60,606 nucleotides of DNA from Dehalococcoidia bacterium UBA3088. Lineage in GTDB: Bacteria; Chloroflexota; Dehalococcoidia; UBA2247; UBA3088. How positions within the stretch are numbered: the stretch's first letter is position 1; every line of letters starts with the position of its first letter. The stretch spans positions 25,390 to 85,995 of the forward strand of contig DFBE01000039.1 in NCBI GenBank assembly GCA_002367275.1, in the 5' to 3' direction. The notes below the pieces were generated by a model that made no database searches, was not told the origin of the DNA, and saw nothing but the letters and a program-made list of their open reading frames with translations. Of this stretch, positions 46,552 to 57,610 are shown piece by piece. Made by a program: the position numbers and the translations under genes.

Positions 46552-47366
46552 AAAAGTATAAGCCGACCTCACCGGGTAGGAGGTGGATGGTAAGCGCGGA
46601 TTTTTCTGAGCTTACTAAAAAGGATCCGCAAAAGTCGCTTCTTTCCCCCCTCAAAAAGAAGGGGGGTCGTAATAATCAAGGGAAGATTACGGTTAGGCAC
46701 CGTGGGGGGGGAGCAAAGCGAATGTGGAGGAGGATAGACTTCAAGAGGGATAAGTTTGATGTGGTAGGGCAAGTGGCCTCAATTGAATATGACCCCAACC
46801 GCTCCGCTCGTATTGCCCTCATTAAGTACCCGGACGATGATAAACGCTACATTCTGGCCCCCCTGGGGCTTTCGGTAGGGGATAGTGTGGTCTCATCTAC
46901 CGATGCGAGTCTTCGACCAGGAAATGCTCTTCCTTTGGGGAAGATACCGCTGGGAACAGCAGTACATAATCTGGAACTCAATCCAGGAAAGGGTGGACAG
47001 GTGGTAAGATCGGCAGGAAACTATGCTCGGGTTATAGGAAGTGAAGATCGTTATGTTCTGGTGGAGTTCCCTTCTGGAGAGGTGAGGAGGGTCTTGAGCT
47101 CCTGCCGGGCGACTATAGGCCAGATAGGGAATGTAGAACATGAGGGTGAAGTCTTAGGGAAGGCGGGCCGGAAAAGATGGATGGGGTTTCGCCCTCATGT
47201 CCGGGGTTCAGCCATGAGCCCCCGTGATCATCCCCATGGGGGAGGAGAGGGAAAGTCTCCCCGGGGTATGGCGCCTAAGACTCCCTGGGGTAAACCTGCT
47301 CTGGGCCCCAAGACCAGAGGTAGTAAGCTTTCGGATAAATTTATTGTCAGAAGAGGAAAGAAGTAG
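46548..47366 (+). CDS. rplB: 50S ribosomal protein L2
   Basis: 272 aa ([29 protein letters not shown]). Confidence 0.97.
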   Translation: MKKYKPTSPGRRWMVSADFSELTKKDPQKSLLSPLKKKGGRNNQGKITVRHRGGGAKRMWRRIDFKRDKFDVVGQVASIEYDPNRSARIALIKYPDDDKRYILAPLGLSVGDSVVSSTDASLRPGNALPLGKIPLGTAVHNLELNPGKGGQVVRSAGNYARVIGSEDRYVLVEFPSGEVRRVLSSCRATIGQIGNVEHEGEVLGKAGRKRWMGFRPHVRGSAMSPRDHPHGGGEGKSPRGMAPKTPWGKPALGPKTRGSKLSDKFIVRRGKK

Positions 47367-47627
47367 ATGGGAAGGTCAGTAAAGAAGGGACCATTTGTGG
47401 ATAAAAAGTTACTTCTGAGGATAGAGGAACAACGTCGCTCAGGAAAGAAAGAGGTGATAAGGACGTGGTCTCGTGCTTCGATGGTCGTTCCTCAGATGAT
47501 CGGATGTACCATCGGGGTGCATGATGGAAGGAGGCATGTTCCGGTATTTATCACTGAAGATATGGTAGGGCACAGATTGGGCGAGTTTTCCCCTACCCGG
47601 ACTTTCCGGGGTCACGTGAGGAAATGA
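47367..47627 (+). CDS. rpsS: 30S ribosomal protein S19
   Basis: 86 aa ([12 protein letters not shown]). Confidence 0.97.
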   Translation: MGRSVKKGPFVDKKLLLRIEEQRRSGKKEVIRTWSRASMVVPQMIGCTIGVHDGRRHVPVFITEDMVGHRLGEFSPTRTFRGHVRK

Positions 47628-47965
47628 GGGTAAAAGCGTGTGCTTACGATGTAGGCATGTCTCCTCTTAAGCTCCGGAGGGTGGCAGATAGGATACGCGG
47701 AAAAAGGACAGAAGAGGCGCTTTCTATCCTGGAGTTTATTCCCTCACCAGCTGCCCGGGCTCTATACAAGGTAATACGGTCAGCATGTGCCAATGCTGAG
47801 AACAACTTCCAGATGGCTTCCCAGCTTCGAGTTTGTGAAATCTTCGTGGATAAAGGACATACCCTGAAAAGGGGAAGGGCTGGCTCTCGAGGGTACTTTT
47901 ATCCTATACTTAGAAGATCTTCTCATATCACCGTGGTGGTGGAAGGAGAGATAATTGGGGCATAA
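47624..47965 (+). CDS. rplV: 50S ribosomal protein L22
   Basis: 113 aa ([15 protein letters not shown]); operon position. Confidence 0.95.
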   Translation: MRVKACAYDVGMSPLKLRRVADRIRGKRTEEALSILEFIPSPAARALYKVIRSACANAENNFQMASQLRVCEIFVDKGHTLKRGRAGSRGYFYPILRRSSHITVVVEGEIIGA

Positions 47966-48656
47966 AGTTCATCCCATAGGCTTCAGACTAGGGCAGACCA
48001 AAACTTGGGCTTCCCGTTGGTATGCTGAGGATGGGTTTAAGGATCTACTGCTCGAGGATATAAGCTTAAGGAATAGAATCTTTTCCTTCTATCCCGGGGG
48101 TAGGATATCTCGAGTAGAGATTGAGCGAGGAAATGAAGTAGCCGTAACTATCTATACTGCCCGGCCAGGAATAGTCATCGGTAAGGCAGGACAAAGGGTA
48201 GATGAACTCCGGGCTCTCCTGGAGAAAGAGGTAGATAAGAGGATAAGGCTTAACATCAAGGAGATAAACCTGCCGGAGATAGATGCTCACCTGGTGGCGG
48301 AGGATGTTGCTCTGCAGCTTGAGCGCCGTATTTCTCCCCGCCGAGCCATAAGACAGGCCATATTCCGGGCTATGGAGGCGGGGGCCAGGGGAATAAAAGT
48401 GCAGTGTTCAGGGAGGTTGGGAGGACAAGAGATTGCCCGAAGAATAACTATACATGAAGGGGGAGTCCCCTTGCATACCATAAGGGCGGACATTGACTAT
48501 GGGTTTGTTGAAGCGAATACCGCCATGGGCAAAATAGGGGTAAAAGTGTGGATCTACCACGGAGATATTCTTCCCCCCGCTCACGAGGAAGAGATACACG
48601 AAGAAGAGGTAGAGGATGTTACAGCCAAAGCGGACGAAATACCGGAAGCAACATAG
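47955..48656 (+). CDS. rpsC: 30S ribosomal protein S3
   Basis: 233 aa ([13 protein letters not shown]) with a KH domain. Confidence 0.97.
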   Translation: MGHKVHPIGFRLGQTKTWASRWYAEDGFKDLLLEDISLRNRIFSFYPGGRISRVEIERGNEVAVTIYTARPGIVIGKAGQRVDELRALLEKEVDKRIRLNIKEINLPEIDAHLVAEDVALQLERRISPRRAIRQAIFRAMEAGARGIKVQCSGRLGGQEIARRITIHEGGVPLHTIRADIDYGFVEANTAMGKIGVKVWIYHGDILPPAHEEEIHEEEVEDVTAKADEIPEAT

Positions 48657-49023
48657 AGGAAGAAGAAAAGGGGTTTCGAAAGATTCCCTTTCCTTCGGTG
48701 AGTTTGGTTTGGTGAGCTCAGAAGGAGTCTGGATTACTGATCGTCAGATTGAGGCCGCCAGAAGAGTAATTGTCCGCTATCTGAGAAAGGGAGGGAATTT
48801 GTGGATTCGCATCTTCCCCGATAAGCCAGTGACCAAAAAACCTGCCGAGACCAGGATGGGTAGTGGGAAGGGAAATATTGACCATTGGGTAGCTCCGGTA
48901 AAGAGGGGAAGGGTGCTATTTGAAATAAGCGGAATAGAAAGAAGGACAGCCGAGGAGGCCTTCCATCTTGCTTCCTATAAGCTTCCCTGTGCTACCCGAT
49001 TAGTATACCGAGATGAAGGCTAA
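48616..49023 (+). CDS. rplP: 50S ribosomal protein L16
   Basis: 135 aa ([16 protein letters not shown]). It overlaps the rpsC end by 41 nt. Confidence 0.95.
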   Translation: MLQPKRTKYRKQHRGRRKGVSKDSLSFGEFGLVSSEGVWITDRQIEAARRVIVRYLRKGGNLWIRIFPDKPVTKKPAETRMGSGKGNIDHWVAPVKRGRVLFEISGIERRTAEEAFHLASYKLPCATRLVYRDEG

Positions 49024-49216
49024 GGAATTAAGGTCTCTCCCTTCTCCGGAGCTCAAAAGGAGGCTTGCTGAGGCTTATGATGCGGAATTTAACCTGCGCT
49101 TCCGACTGGCCACTAAGCAACTCCAAAACTTCCAAGAGCTCAAGAAGGTGAGGAAAGATATTGCCCGTATAAAGACGATAATCCGGGAGGGGGAGATCTA
49201 TGGTCAGGAAGGTTAG
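49013..49216 (+). CDS. rpmC: 50S ribosomal protein L29
   Basis: 67 aa (MKAKELRSL...ELKRRL). Confidence 0.93.
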   Translation: MKAKELRSLPSPELKRRLAEAYDAEFNLRFRLATKQLQNFQELKKVRKDIARIKTIIREGEIYGQEG

Positions 49217-49460
49217 GCAGGGTAAGGTGGTAAGCGATAAAATGGATAAGACGGTGGTGGTGGAAGTGGAAACATTGCGGCGTCATCCGCGATATAAGAA
49301 GGTGGTGAGATATAGGAAGAGGTTTAAAGCCCATGACGGGGAGAATGCGGCTAAAGAAGGGGATAAAGTGAAGATAATGGAAACTCGCCCTTTATCTCGA
49401 GAAAAGAGATGGAAGGTGGTTGAGGTTATAGGAGATGATTCAGACTTACACCAACCTTAA
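49200..49460 (+). CDS. rpsQ: 30S ribosomal protein S17
   Basis: 86 aa ([14 protein letters not shown]). Confidence 0.95.
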   Translation: MVRKVRQGKVVSDKMDKTVVVEVETLRRHPRYKKVVRYRKRFKAHDGENAAKEGDKVKIMETRPLSREKRWKVVEVIGDDSDLHQP

Positions 49461-49803
49461 GGTAGTGGATAATACCGGGGCCAAGATTATCCGCTGCATT
49501 AACATCCCGGGAGGGACCAGAAGAAGATATGGTCGGGTGGGAGATGTGATCGTGGCTTCGGTGAGAGAAGCTGTTCCCCGGGGTCAGGTGAAGAAAGGAG
49601 ATATAGTACGAGCGGTGGTAGTAAGAGTGGCTCAAAATTATCGCCGTCTTGATGGTTCCTACATTAAATTTGATGATAACGCTGCCGTCATCATCGGGGA
49701 TAAGGGCAGCCCCACCGGGACCAGGGTATTCGGCCCGGTGGCCCGAGAACTCAGAGAGAAGAACTTCACCAAAATAATCTCCTTAGCTCCAGAGGTGGTA
49801 TGA
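49435..49803 (+). CDS. rplN: 50S ribosomal protein L14
   Basis: 122 aa ([17 protein letters not shown]). Confidence 0.97.
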   Translation: MIQTYTNLKVVDNTGAKIIRCINIPGGTRRRYGRVGDVIVASVREAVPRGQVKKGDIVRAVVVRVAQNYRRLDGSYIKFDDNAAVIIGDKGSPTGTRVFGPVARELREKNFTKIISLAPEVV

Positions 49804-50108
49804 GAATAAGGAAGGGTGATACCGTGTTGGTCATTTCAGGAAGGGATAGGGGCAGGAAGGGAAAGGTTCGCTTGTCCTTCCCCCGAAAGGAGGAAGTGGT
49901 GGTAGAGGGAATCAATGTTGTGAAGCGGCATGCTAGGCCCATACAGGGGGCCAGGCAGGCAGGAATAATACAGACGGAGGCTCCTATATACGTTTCTAAG
50001 CTGATGCTCATCTGCCCCCGGTGCGGCAAGCCCACCAGAGTGGGGTTCAAGACCTTACCCGATAAAAAAGTAAGATTATGCCGGAAGTGTGGAGAGGTGA
50101 TCGACTGA
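49800..50108 (+). CDS. rplX: 50S ribosomal protein L24
   Basis: 102 aa with a KOW motif ([17 protein letters not shown]). Confidence 0.95.
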   Translation: MRIRKGDTVLVISGRDRGRKGKVRLSFPRKEEVVVEGINVVKRHARPIQGARQAGIIQTEAPIYVSKLMLICPRCGKPTRVGFKTLPDKKVRLCRKCGEVID

Positions 50109-50656
50109 TGGAACCCCGGCTTAAACAGAAGTACAAATCAGAAGTGGTACCTAAGCTTCTGGAAGAGCTTGGCTATCGTACTTCCATGCAGGTTCCCAAG
50201 ATTGAGAAGGTGGTACTCCACATTGGTTTGGGGGAGGCTATAAGCAATCCCAAGGCCCTGGAGGAAGCAGAAAGGGACTTAACGATTATCTCGGGACAGA
50301 AACCGGTGCTGAGAAGGGCTAAAAAGTCCATCTCTCAATTTAAGCTAAGAGAAGGGATGTCTATTGGGATGATGGTGACGCTTAGAGGAAAGCGAATGTA
50401 TTATTTTCTGGATAGATTATTCAATGCCGTTCTTCCCCGCATCAGGGATTTTAGAGGTGTGCCTCCAGACTCTTTTGATGGCCGAGGAAACTACAGCTTA
50501 GGACTTAAGGAGCAAACCATTTTCTCCGAGATAGATTATGAAAAGGTGGGAAAATTGAGGGGTCTTCAGATTACCATAGTGAGCAATGCTAGAAGTGATG
50601 AGAAAGGAAGAAGGCTACTTTCCCTCCTGGGAATGCCCTTTTCTGGCTATGGCTAA
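50108..50656 (+). CDS. rplE: 50S ribosomal protein L5
   Basis: The start is taken at [10 protein letters not shown] (the ATG overlaps the rplX TGA by 1 nt). The ORF-track start at 50078 is an upstream extension. Confidence 0.93.
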   Translation: MEPRLKQKYKSEVVPKLLEELGYRTSMQVPKIEKVVLHIGLGEAISNPKALEEAERDLTIISGQKPVLRRAKKSISQFKLREGMSIGMMVTLRGKRMYYFLDRLFNAVLPRIRDFRGVPPDSFDGRGNYSLGLKEQTIFSEIDYEKVGKLRGLQITIVSNARSDEKGRRLLSLLGMPFSGYG

Positions 50657-50834
50657 AGTTAGCGATATAGTTAAATCTAAGAGGCCACCGAAGTATAAGA
50701 CCAGGCAAAGGAACCGCTGCGCCCTATGTGGTAGACCACGGGCTTACATGCGTAAGTTCGGACTTTGCCGTATCTGTTTTCGAGAATATGCCTTAAAGGG
50801 AGAGATACCCGGAGTAACGAAATCGAGCTGGTGA
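50649..50834 (+). CDS. rpsZ: 30S ribosomal protein S14 type Z (zinc-binding)
   Basis: 61 aa ([12 protein letters not shown]...[10 protein letters not shown]...CRICFRE). Confidence 0.93.
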   Translation: MAKVSDIVKSKRPPKYKTRQRNRCALCGRPRAYMRKFGLCRICFREYALKGEIPGVTKSSW

Positions 50835-51229
50835 TGACAGATCCCATAGCAGATATGCTGACCCGAATAAGAAATGCTCAAGCTGCAGGTCATGATTTTA
50901 CCCTACTCCCTTTATCCAATATAAAACTTTCCATCGCCCGTATTATGAAGGAAGAGGGATTCATCGAAGGCTTTGAGATAGTAAGGGGAAGGGTGGGACA
51001 AATGATAAAGGTATGGCTCCGGTATACGCCGGATAGAAAGCCCCTCATTTTAGGTCTTAAGCGGGTAAGCCGGCCTGGGCTTCGGATATACGCCAAGAGA
51101 GGGGAGATACCCCGGGTCTACTATGGAGGATTAGGCATTACCATTCTCTCCACTTCCCAGGGCCTGATGACGGGTAAGGAAGCATGGAGAAAAAATTTGG
51201 GTGGAGAGTTACTCTGCTATGTATGGTAG
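50834..51229 (+). CDS. rpsH: 30S ribosomal protein S8
   Basis: Starts [15 protein letters not shown]. The ATG overlaps the rpsZ TGA by 1 nt. Confidence 0.95.
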   Translation: MTDPIADMLTRIRNAQAAGHDFTLLPLSNIKLSIARIMKEEGFIEGFEIVRGRVGQMIKVWLRYTPDRKPLILGLKRVSRPGLRIYAKRGEIPRVYYGGLGITILSTSQGLMTGKEAWRKNLGGELLCYVW

Positions 51230-51232
51230 GAT

Positions 51233-51784
51233 ATGTCGCGTGTAGGAAGAAACCCTATCCCTATTCCTCCTGAGGTTAAACTCAAGATAGAGGGGAATAA
51301 AGTTGAGGTAGAGGGACCCAAAGGGAAGTTATCTCGCATCTTTCATCCTGATATGGAGATCTCTGAGGTTTCAGAGAAAGCTTACGTCCTCCGCCCCAGT
51401 GATAAATGGATACACCGCTCCCTGCATGGTCTTACCCGCACCCTTCTGGCCAACATGATAAATGGGGTGAGCAAAGGGTTTGAGAAGGATCTGGAGCTTC
51501 AGGGTATGGGTTATCGAGTGCAAAGGCAAGGGGAAAAGCTCATCCTCCAGGTGGGATACAGTCACCCTGTGGAAGTCTCTCCTCCTCCGGGTATATCCTT
51601 TGAGGTTTCGGGTAACCGGATCAGGGTTTCAGGCCTGGACAAGGAGACGGTGGGTGAGGTAGCCGCTCAAGTAAGAAGGGTACATCCTCCAGATCACTAT
51701 AAAGGTAAGGGAATAAGGTATGTGGGGGAGAGGATAAGGCTTAAGCCGGGCAAAGCGGGTAAGGCAGTGGGGAAGAAAGGATGA
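51233..51784 (+). CDS. rplF: 50S ribosomal protein L6
   Basis: 183 aa ([12 protein letters not shown]). Confidence 0.95.
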   Translation: MSRVGRNPIPIPPEVKLKIEGNKVEVEGPKGKLSRIFHPDMEISEVSEKAYVLRPSDKWIHRSLHGLTRTLLANMINGVSKGFEKDLELQGMGYRVQRQGEKLILQVGYSHPVEVSPPPGISFEVSGNRIRVSGLDKETVGEVAAQVRRVHPPDHYKGKGIRYVGERIRLKPGKAGKAVGKKG

Positions 51785-52128
51785 AGCTAAGGCAGAAAAG
51801 GCACTTAAGGATAAGGAAGCTACTGAGAGGAAGTAAGGAGCGCCCTCGCCTTTGTGTCTACCGAAGTTTGAATCATATCTATGCCCAGATCATTGACGAT
51901 GAAAACGGATATACTCTTACCCATGCCTCAACCTTGAGCCCGGAACTCCGGGAGGAGCTCCGGGGGGAGACCAAGGCAGAGAGAGCATCTCTAGTGGGGG
52001 CATTGATTGCTCGCAAGGCGGGGGCACGCGGAATATCGACGGTAGTATTTGACCGGGGGGGCTACCGGTATCATGGTCGAGTTAAGGCATTGGCCGAGGC
52101 AGCAAGGAAGGAGGGGTTAAGGTTTTAG
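51781..52128 (+). CDS. rplR: 50S ribosomal protein L18
   Basis: 115 aa ([43 protein letters not shown]-like). Confidence 0.95.
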   Translation: MKLRQKRHLRIRKLLRGSKERPRLCVYRSLNHIYAQIIDDENGYTLTHASTLSPELREELRGETKAERASLVGALIARKAGARGISTVVFDRGGYRYHGRVKALAEAARKEGLRF

Positions 52129-52607
52129 TGGATGATGAACTAGAGGAGAAGGTAATCCAGGTGAACCGGGTGACCAAGGTCGTAAAGGGAGGAAAAAGGC
52201 TCCGGTTCAATGCTTTGGTGGTGGTGGGGGATAAAAAGGGTCAGGTAGGGTGCGGCATGGGAAAGGCGAGCGAGGTTTCCGGGGCAGTAAGAAAGGCCGG
52301 TGCCGCTGCCAGGAAGAACCTCATCCAGGTTCCTCTGAAGGACAATACCATTCCCTGCCAAATGACAGCTAAATTCGGGGCAGCCAGGGTGTTGCTTAAG
52401 CCGGCTTCTCCCGGAACAGGGTTGGTGACGGGAGGGGGAGTACGAGCGGTGATGGAGCTTTCAGGGGTGGAGGATGTATTATCCAAGCAACTAGGAAGTA
52501 GAAACCCTATAAATGTAGTACAAGCCACCATCGAAGCTCTAAAAAAGATTGAGGAGCTTAAGATGATCAGCAATATGAGAAGAGAGGGAAAAAGTGCCCA
52601 AGCTTAG
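52128..52607 (+). CDS. rpsE: 30S ribosomal protein S5
   Basis: 159 aa with a GTG start (VNRVTKVVKGGKRLRFNALVVVGD). Confidence 0.95.
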   Translation: MDDELEEKVIQVNRVTKVVKGGKRLRFNALVVVGDKKGQVGCGMGKASEVSGAVRKAGAAARKNLIQVPLKDNTIPCQMTAKFGAARVLLKPASPGTGLVTGGGVRAVMELSGVEDVLSKQLGSRNPINVVQATIEALKKIEELKMISNMRREGKSAQA

Positions 52608-52788
52608 CATCACGTGGGTCAAAAGTAGCATTGGCTACTCCCAAGGTCAAAAGCAAACCATAAGGGCGTTGGGGTTTCGCCGCCTTAATCAAAGGGTGGA
52701 AAAGGAAAGGTCTCCGGAAATATTGGGCATGGTAGCCAAAGTGCGGCATCTGGTCGACGTCGAGGAGCTAGATGATAGCTCAGAATGA
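52594..52788 (+). CDS. rpmD: 50S ribosomal protein L30
   Basis: 64 aa with a GTG start ([25 protein letters not shown]). Confidence 0.9.
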   Translation: MPKLSITWVKSSIGYSQGQKQTIRALGFRRLNQRVEKERSPEILGMVAKVRHLVDVEELDDSSE

Positions 52789-53236
52789 ACTTAAACCCCC
52801 TTTACCCCGACGTAAGAGAAAGCGGATAGGAAGGGGACTGGGAAGCGGACACGGTAGGTACTCAGGGAGGGGGATGAAGGGTCAGAAGGCGAGGTCGGGA
52901 GGGGGTGTGGCCCCCTATTTTGAGGGAGGGCAAACTCCTTTAACCAAAAGGCTGCCTCAAAAGAGGGGGTTTAAGAATATGTTCAGGGAAGTCTACCAGG
53001 TGGTAAATGTGGGGAGCCTCAACCGCTTTGAAGGGGAGGTGAATCCTCAACTTTTATTCACCGCGGGGTTAATCTCCGACCTTAAGAAAAAAGTTAAAAT
53101 CTTGGGAGAAGGTGAGCTTGAGAAAAAGCTCACCGTAAAAGTACATGAGTTCTCGGCTAAAGCTTGCGCCAAGATTGAATCACCGGGGGGTGAGGTTATA
53201 AGGTTAGATGCAAAAAAGACAGACCGCACTACCTAG
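52772..53236 (+). CDS. rplO: 50S ribosomal protein L15
   Basis: 154 aa ([28 protein letters not shown]). Confidence 0.95.
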   Translation: MIAQNELKPPLPRRKRKRIGRGLGSGHGRYSGRGMKGQKARSGGGVAPYFEGGQTPLTKRLPQKRGFKNMFREVYQVVNVGSLNRFEGEVNPQLLFTAGLISDLKKKVKILGEGELEKKLTVKVHEFSAKACAKIESPGGEVIRLDAKKTDRTT

Positions 53237-54500
53237 ACCTGTAAAGGCGGTAGTGGATTCGCTGCGCATTCCCGACCTCAGGAATAAAATACTGTTTACC
53301 TTCGGGATAATCGTTATCTTCCGTTTTCTGGCCCATATTCCCATACCTGAGGCTGACCCTGATAGCTTAGCCAGGCTTTTTGAGAGAAATGAGATGCTGG
53401 GGATGCTCGACATGTTCAGCGGGGGCATGCTGCGTGACTTCAGCATTGCTGCCTTAGGGATATATCCCTACATCACTGCCTCCATCGTAATGACACTTTT
53501 GGTCCCGGTTATCCCCGCCCTTCAAGCTCTTTCGGCTGAGGGAGAGGCAGGGAGAAGGAAAATAAACCGCTATACCCACTTTTTGACTGTTCCTATGGCT
53601 GTTCTGGCTGCTTGGGGACAGATGGCTATAATGCAGAACTCTGACCCCCCGGTTCTGTGGGGCCTGGATACTCTATCTAAAGTTACCATCATCGCCACCC
53701 TTACGACAGGGACGATGCTCTTGGTGTGGCTGGGGGAACGGATTACAGAAAGGGGGATCGGGAATGGCATCTCCATCCTCATATTTAGTGGTATAGTGGC
53801 GGGATACCCGGAGATAATAGGTCGAAGTAAACTTCTCTCTGAGGCCAACTTCGGTGGAGTGACAGGTTTCTTCTTGATTACCCTTATCACCATATTGGGC
53901 ATTGTTTTACTCACTGAGGCTACCCGGCGTATACCCGTGCAGTACTCCCGAAGTATGATCCGGGGGGGGAGAGTATATCGCCAGGGGGGGTCAACCTCCA
54001 TTCCTCTACGCCTTAACAGCGCAGGAATGATTCCTCTCATCTTCGCCATGTCGGTCATTCTCCTTCCCGTGACCGTAGCTAACTTTATCGGGGGGGGTTT
54101 TTCGGAGACGGTGCAAAATTGGCTGGGGATAACTACCTGGCTATACTGGATCTTGTTTTTCCTGCTGGTGGTGGCCTTCACCTTTTTTTATACTGCCATA
54201 ACTTTTGAACAGATGAACCTTCCGGAGACTCTACAAAAGCAGGGGGGCTTCATACCCGGAATCCGCCCTGGTAAGGGTACCTCTGAGTACCTGAACCGAA
54301 CCATAAACCGCATCACCTGGGGGGGTGCTCTGTTCTTAGCTGTGATAGCCATTATGCCCTTCATCGGGTACAAGATCACCAGCGTGATGATCTTGACTTC
54401 TGCCGCAGGCCTGCTCATCGTGGTGGGAGTGGCCCTGGATACCATGAAGCAGCTGGAGGCACAACTGGCTATGCATCGTTATGAAGGGTTCATAAAATAG
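53208..54500 (+). CDS. secY: preprotein translocase subunit SecY
   Basis: 430 aa with 10 TM segments, and it sits in the conserved spc-operon position. Confidence 0.95.
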   Translation: MQKRQTALPRPVKAVVDSLRIPDLRNKILFTFGIIVIFRFLAHIPIPEADPDSLARLFERNEMLGMLDMFSGGMLRDFSIAALGIYPYITASIVMTLLVPVIPALQALSAEGEAGRRKINRYTHFLTVPMAVLAAWGQMAIMQNSDPPVLWGLDTLSKVTIIATLTTGTMLLVWLGERITERGIGNGISILIFSGIVAGYPEIIGRSKLLSEANFGGVTGFFLITLITILGIVLLTEATRRIPVQYSRSMIRGGRVYRQGGSTSIPLRLNSAGMIPLIFAMSVILLPVTVANFIGGGFSETVQNWLGITTWLYWILFFLLVVAFTFFYTAITFEQMNLPETLQKQGGFIPGIRPGKGTSEYLNRTINRITWGGALFLAVIAIMPFIGYKITSVMILTSAAGLLIVVGVALDTMKQLEAQLAMHRYEGFIK

Positions 54501-54507
54501 GAAAAAA

Positions 54508-55155
54508 ATGGCCTTACGCAGAATTATAATGTTGGGCGCACCAGGCTCGGGTAAGGGCACACAGGCAAAGTTTTTGGGGGATAAATTGGACCTGGTTCAC
54601 ATCTCATCGGGTGACCTCTTTCGAGAGGCGCAGAAAAATGGTACCGAGCTGGGAAAGTTGGCTAAATCATATATGGAAAAGGGGGAGCTTGTTCCCGATA
54701 ATGTTACCGTGAGGATGGTGGTAGATCATATCTTACCCCTTAAGGATGAGGGCTTCATACTGGATGGATTTCCTCGTAACCTGAGCCAGGCCCGGGCGCT
54801 GGATAGGGCCTTAGAAGAGGAGAAGATACCCATTGAGCTGGTCGTTAACCTCAAGGTACCTCAGGATATTCTTCTCCGCCGTCTAAGCGGAAGGAGAATG
54901 TGTCGGAACTGTGGGGAGATATATAATGTCTACACTCTTCCCCCTCAAGTGGAGGATAGATGTGATAAGTGCAGTGGTGAACTCTATCAGCGTGCAGATG
55001 ACACTGAGGAGGTAGTTCGGCACCGCATAGAAGTGTATACCAAGGAGACGCAGCCCTTGGTTGGGTACTATCAGCACCGGGGAAAGCTATCCGAGATAGA
55101 AAATGAGAACGACATAAATGTGGTGAGAGAGAACCTTATGAGGCTACTTGAATGA
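54508..55155 (+). CDS. adk: adenylate kinase (zinc-lid type)
   Basis: 215 aa. The P-loop is GAPGSGKGTQ, and the lid carries CRNCG...CDKCSG. Confidence 0.95.
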   Translation: MALRRIIMLGAPGSGKGTQAKFLGDKLDLVHISSGDLFREAQKNGTELGKLAKSYMEKGELVPDNVTVRMVVDHILPLKDEGFILDGFPRNLSQARALDRALEEEKIPIELVVNLKVPQDILLRRLSGRRMCRNCGEIYNVYTLPPQVEDRCDKCSGELYQRADDTEEVVRHRIEVYTKETQPLVGYYQHRGKLSEIENENDINVVRENLMRLLE

Positions 55156-55897
55156 TAATCATTAAGAACGATAAGCAAATACTTCTGATGAGGAGAGCGG
55201 GCAAGATTACAGCAGAGATACTTGAGACACTAGCCGAAAATATAAAGGCAGGAATGAAGACCAAGGAGCTAGATACCATTGCTGAGACAGAGCTTGCCAA
55301 AAGGGAAGCTAAGTCATCCTTTAAGGGCTACCACGGATTCCCCGGGAACCTGTGTGTGTCTATAAACGATGAGATAGTGCATGGCATTCCCGGTGAGCAC
55401 ATTATTCAGGAAGGAGATATAGTATCTTTGGATTTCGGTGCGGTGTATAATGGATGGCAGGGGGATTCTGCTCTGACCTTGGGAGTAGGGAGGATAGACC
55501 CGGAGGCAAGTCGCCTGATAGAAGTAACCCGAGAGGCTTTGGTGGCGGGGATTGGTAAAGCCAGAAGGAAGGCTCACTTGGGAGATATTTCGGCGGCTAT
55601 TCAATCTTATGTGGAAGACAGAGGTTTTTTGTGGTGAGGGAATACACCGGGCATGGTATAGGAAGAGAGATGCATGAGGATCCCAGCATCCCCAATTTTG
55701 GAGTCCCGGGCACAGGCCCCAGGCTAGAGAAGGGAATGACGTTAGCTATAGAGCCGATGGTGAATGCTGGGGGGTGGAGAACAAAGCTCGCTTCCAACGG
55801 CTGGACAGTGCTTACCCGGGATGGGAGTCTTTCTGCCCATTTTGAGCATACCATTCTCATAACTGAAGGAGAGGCAGAGATACTCACTGTAGCTTAA
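55152..55897 (+). CDS. map: type I methionine aminopeptidase, reading frame broken at 55625-55631 (needs a -1 shift or one extra T)
   Basis: The N-terminal 161 aa (frame 0) stop at TGA 55635-55637. The C-terminal 88 aa ([18 protein letters not shown]...) continue in the -1 frame. Joining the two gives ...[16 protein letters not shown], a canonical MetAP core. Confidence 0.85.
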
Positions 55898-55903
55898 GCT
55901 TAG

Positions 55904-56122
55904 ATGGCGCAGAGAGAGAGAATAGAGGTTGAGGGAAAGGTGATCAAGTGTCTCCCCAATACCATGTTCGAAGTAGAGTTGCCTAATGGTCATAAGGTGT
56001 TGGCTCACACATCAGGGAAGATGAGACGGCATTTTATCAAGATGCTCCCCGGGGATAGAGTGTTGGTGGAACTTTCACCCTATGACTTAAGCCGGGGTCG
56101 CGTTACCTATAGGTTGAAATAA
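55904..56122 (+). CDS. infA: translation initiation factor IF-1
   Basis: 72 aa with an S1-like fold ([29 protein letters not shown]). Confidence 0.97.
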   Translation: MAQRERIEVEGKVIKCLPNTMFEVELPNGHKVLAHTSGKMRRHFIKMLPGDRVLVELSPYDLSRGRVTYRLK

Positions 56123-56235
56123 TGAAGGTTTCATCTTCGGTTAAGCGCAGGTGTAATAAGTGCAAGGTCATACGACGTAAAGGCGTGGTGAGGGTGATAT
56201 GTGAGAACCCGCGCCATAAGCAAAGGCAGGGTTAG
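56122..56235 (+). CDS. rpmJ: 50S ribosomal protein L36
   Basis: 37-aa ORF below the ORF-track cutoff: [37 protein letters not shown]. The ATG overlaps the infA TAA by 1 nt. Confidence 0.9.
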   Translation: MKVSSSVKRRCNKCKVIRRKGVVRVICENPRHKQRQG

Positions 56236-56236
56236 G

Positions 56237-56623
56237 ATGGTTCGTATCGTAGGAGTTGACCTGCCCAAGGGAAAACAGATAGGGATAGCCCTGCGGTATA
56301 TCTATGGGATAGGCCCTACCTTGTCTTTGAAAATCCTTTCTTCGGTAGGTGTAGACGCAGCAAAGCCTACCCATAAACTCAGTGAAGAGGAAATAGAGCG
56401 TATCCGCGACAGTCTGCGGAGCCATAAGGTTGAGGGTGAGCTCAGAAGGGAAGTTGACCTAAATATAAAACGTCTCCGGGAGATTGGCTGCTATCGGGGC
56501 TTAAGGCATCGCGGGCGCCTTCCGGTCAGAGGCCAGAGGACCAGAACTAATGCCCGTACTAAGCGGGGGCCGCGCCAGACGGTGGCCGGAAGAGGAAGAA
56601 GGAGGGGGGTAGCTAAGAAGTAA
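56237..56623 (+). CDS. rpsM: 30S ribosomal protein S13
   Basis: The start is taken at [10 protein letters not shown]. The ORF-track start at 56201 overlaps rpmJ. Confidence 0.95.
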   Translation: MVRIVGVDLPKGKQIGIALRYIYGIGPTLSLKILSSVGVDAAKPTHKLSEEEIERIRDSLRSHKVEGELRREVDLNIKRLREIGCYRGLRHRGRLPVRGQRTRTNARTKRGPRQTVAGRGRRRGVAKK

Positions 56624-56997
56624 TGCCCAAGAAGAGAAAAGAGCGAAGGACAGTACCTTACGGGAGGGTGTATATTCAGTCTACATTCAACAATACCATT
56701 ATCACCGTGACTGACCTTCAAGGAAAGGTAGTCACGTGGGGGAGTAGCGGTAGTGCAGGATTTAAAGGGTCACGCAAGGGAACTCCCTATGCTGCTCAGC
56801 TAGCGGCCCAAGGTGCAGTCAAGAAGGCCAAGGATTGTGGTATGCACCAGGTGGAGGTATATGTCAAGGGGCCGGGGAGTGGTCGAGAAGCAGCTATTCG
56901 CACCCTTCAAGCCTCAGGGCTCCAGGTAGTAAGCATCCGAGATGTAACTCCCATACCTCACAATGGCTGCCGTCCCCCCAAGAGGAGAAGGGTATAA
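56623..56997 (+). CDS. rpsK: 30S ribosomal protein S11
   Basis: 124 aa ([31 protein letters not shown]). Confidence 0.97.
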   Translation: MPKKRKERRTVPYGRVYIQSTFNNTIITVTDLQGKVVTWGSSGSAGFKGSRKGTPYAAQLAAQGAVKKAKDCGMHQVEVYVKGPGSGREAAIRTLQASGLQVVSIRDVTPIPHNGCRPPKRRRV

Positions 56998-56998
56998 C

Positions 56999-57610
56999 AT
57001 GGCTAGGTATACTGGTCCCGCGTGCAAGTTGTGCCGGGGGCTAGGGCAGAAGCTTATGCTCAAAGGAGAAAGGTGTGCTGGCCCTAAATGTCCTCTAGAG
57101 AAGAGACATTCTCCACTGAGGAGGCAAAGCCATGGCCGACGACGGCGTATCTCAGAGAGAGGGTGGGAGCTCAAGGAGAAGCAGAAGGCAAGAATAAGTT
57201 ATGGACTCATGGAGCGCCAGTTTAAGAATCTTTTCGTTCGGGCAAAAGAAATGCCCGGAATAACCGGAGACAACCTCCTTATTCTTCTGGAGAGGCGACT
57301 GGACAATGTTGCCTACAGATTGGGTTTTGCCGCCTCCCGTCGTGAGGCACGTCAAATAGTAAGCCACGGACATATCGCCGTCAACGGCAGAAAGCTCCCG
57401 TTTCCTTCCTATATGGTGAATGAGGGAGATACTATCTCCTTCCAGGGAGACAAGGAACTTAAGGCGAAGGAAGTTGAGGATAGATTTATTCCCCCCTGGC
57501 TTAGTCTGGATAGGGAGAACCTGGTGGGAGGAATGGTACGGTACCCCGAAGTAAATGAGGTGGGGGCTACTTTTGATACCCGGTTGATTGTGGAGTACTA
57601 CTCGAAATGA
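56999..57610 (+). CDS. rpsD: 30S ribosomal protein S4
   Basis: The start is taken at MARYTGPACKLCRG. An S4 RNA-binding domain lies at the C-terminus. Confidence 0.95.
   Translation: MARYTGPACKLCRGLGQKLMLKGERCAGPKCPLEKRHSPLRRQSHGRRRRISERGWELKEKQKARISYGLMERQFKNLFVRAKEMPGITGDNLLILLERRLDNVAYRLGFAASRREARQIVSHGHIAVNGRKLPFPSYMVNEGDTISFQGDKELKAKEVEDRFIPPWLSLDRENLVGGMVRYPEVNEVGATFDTRLIVEYYSK

Noticed and set aside
53570-54181. 203-aa minus-strand ORF.
   Set aside because: It lies antisense to secY inside the ribosomal operon and is a typical shadow ORF. The many other antisense ORFs in the track (for example 25998-26492 and 10282-10638) are rejected for the same reason.
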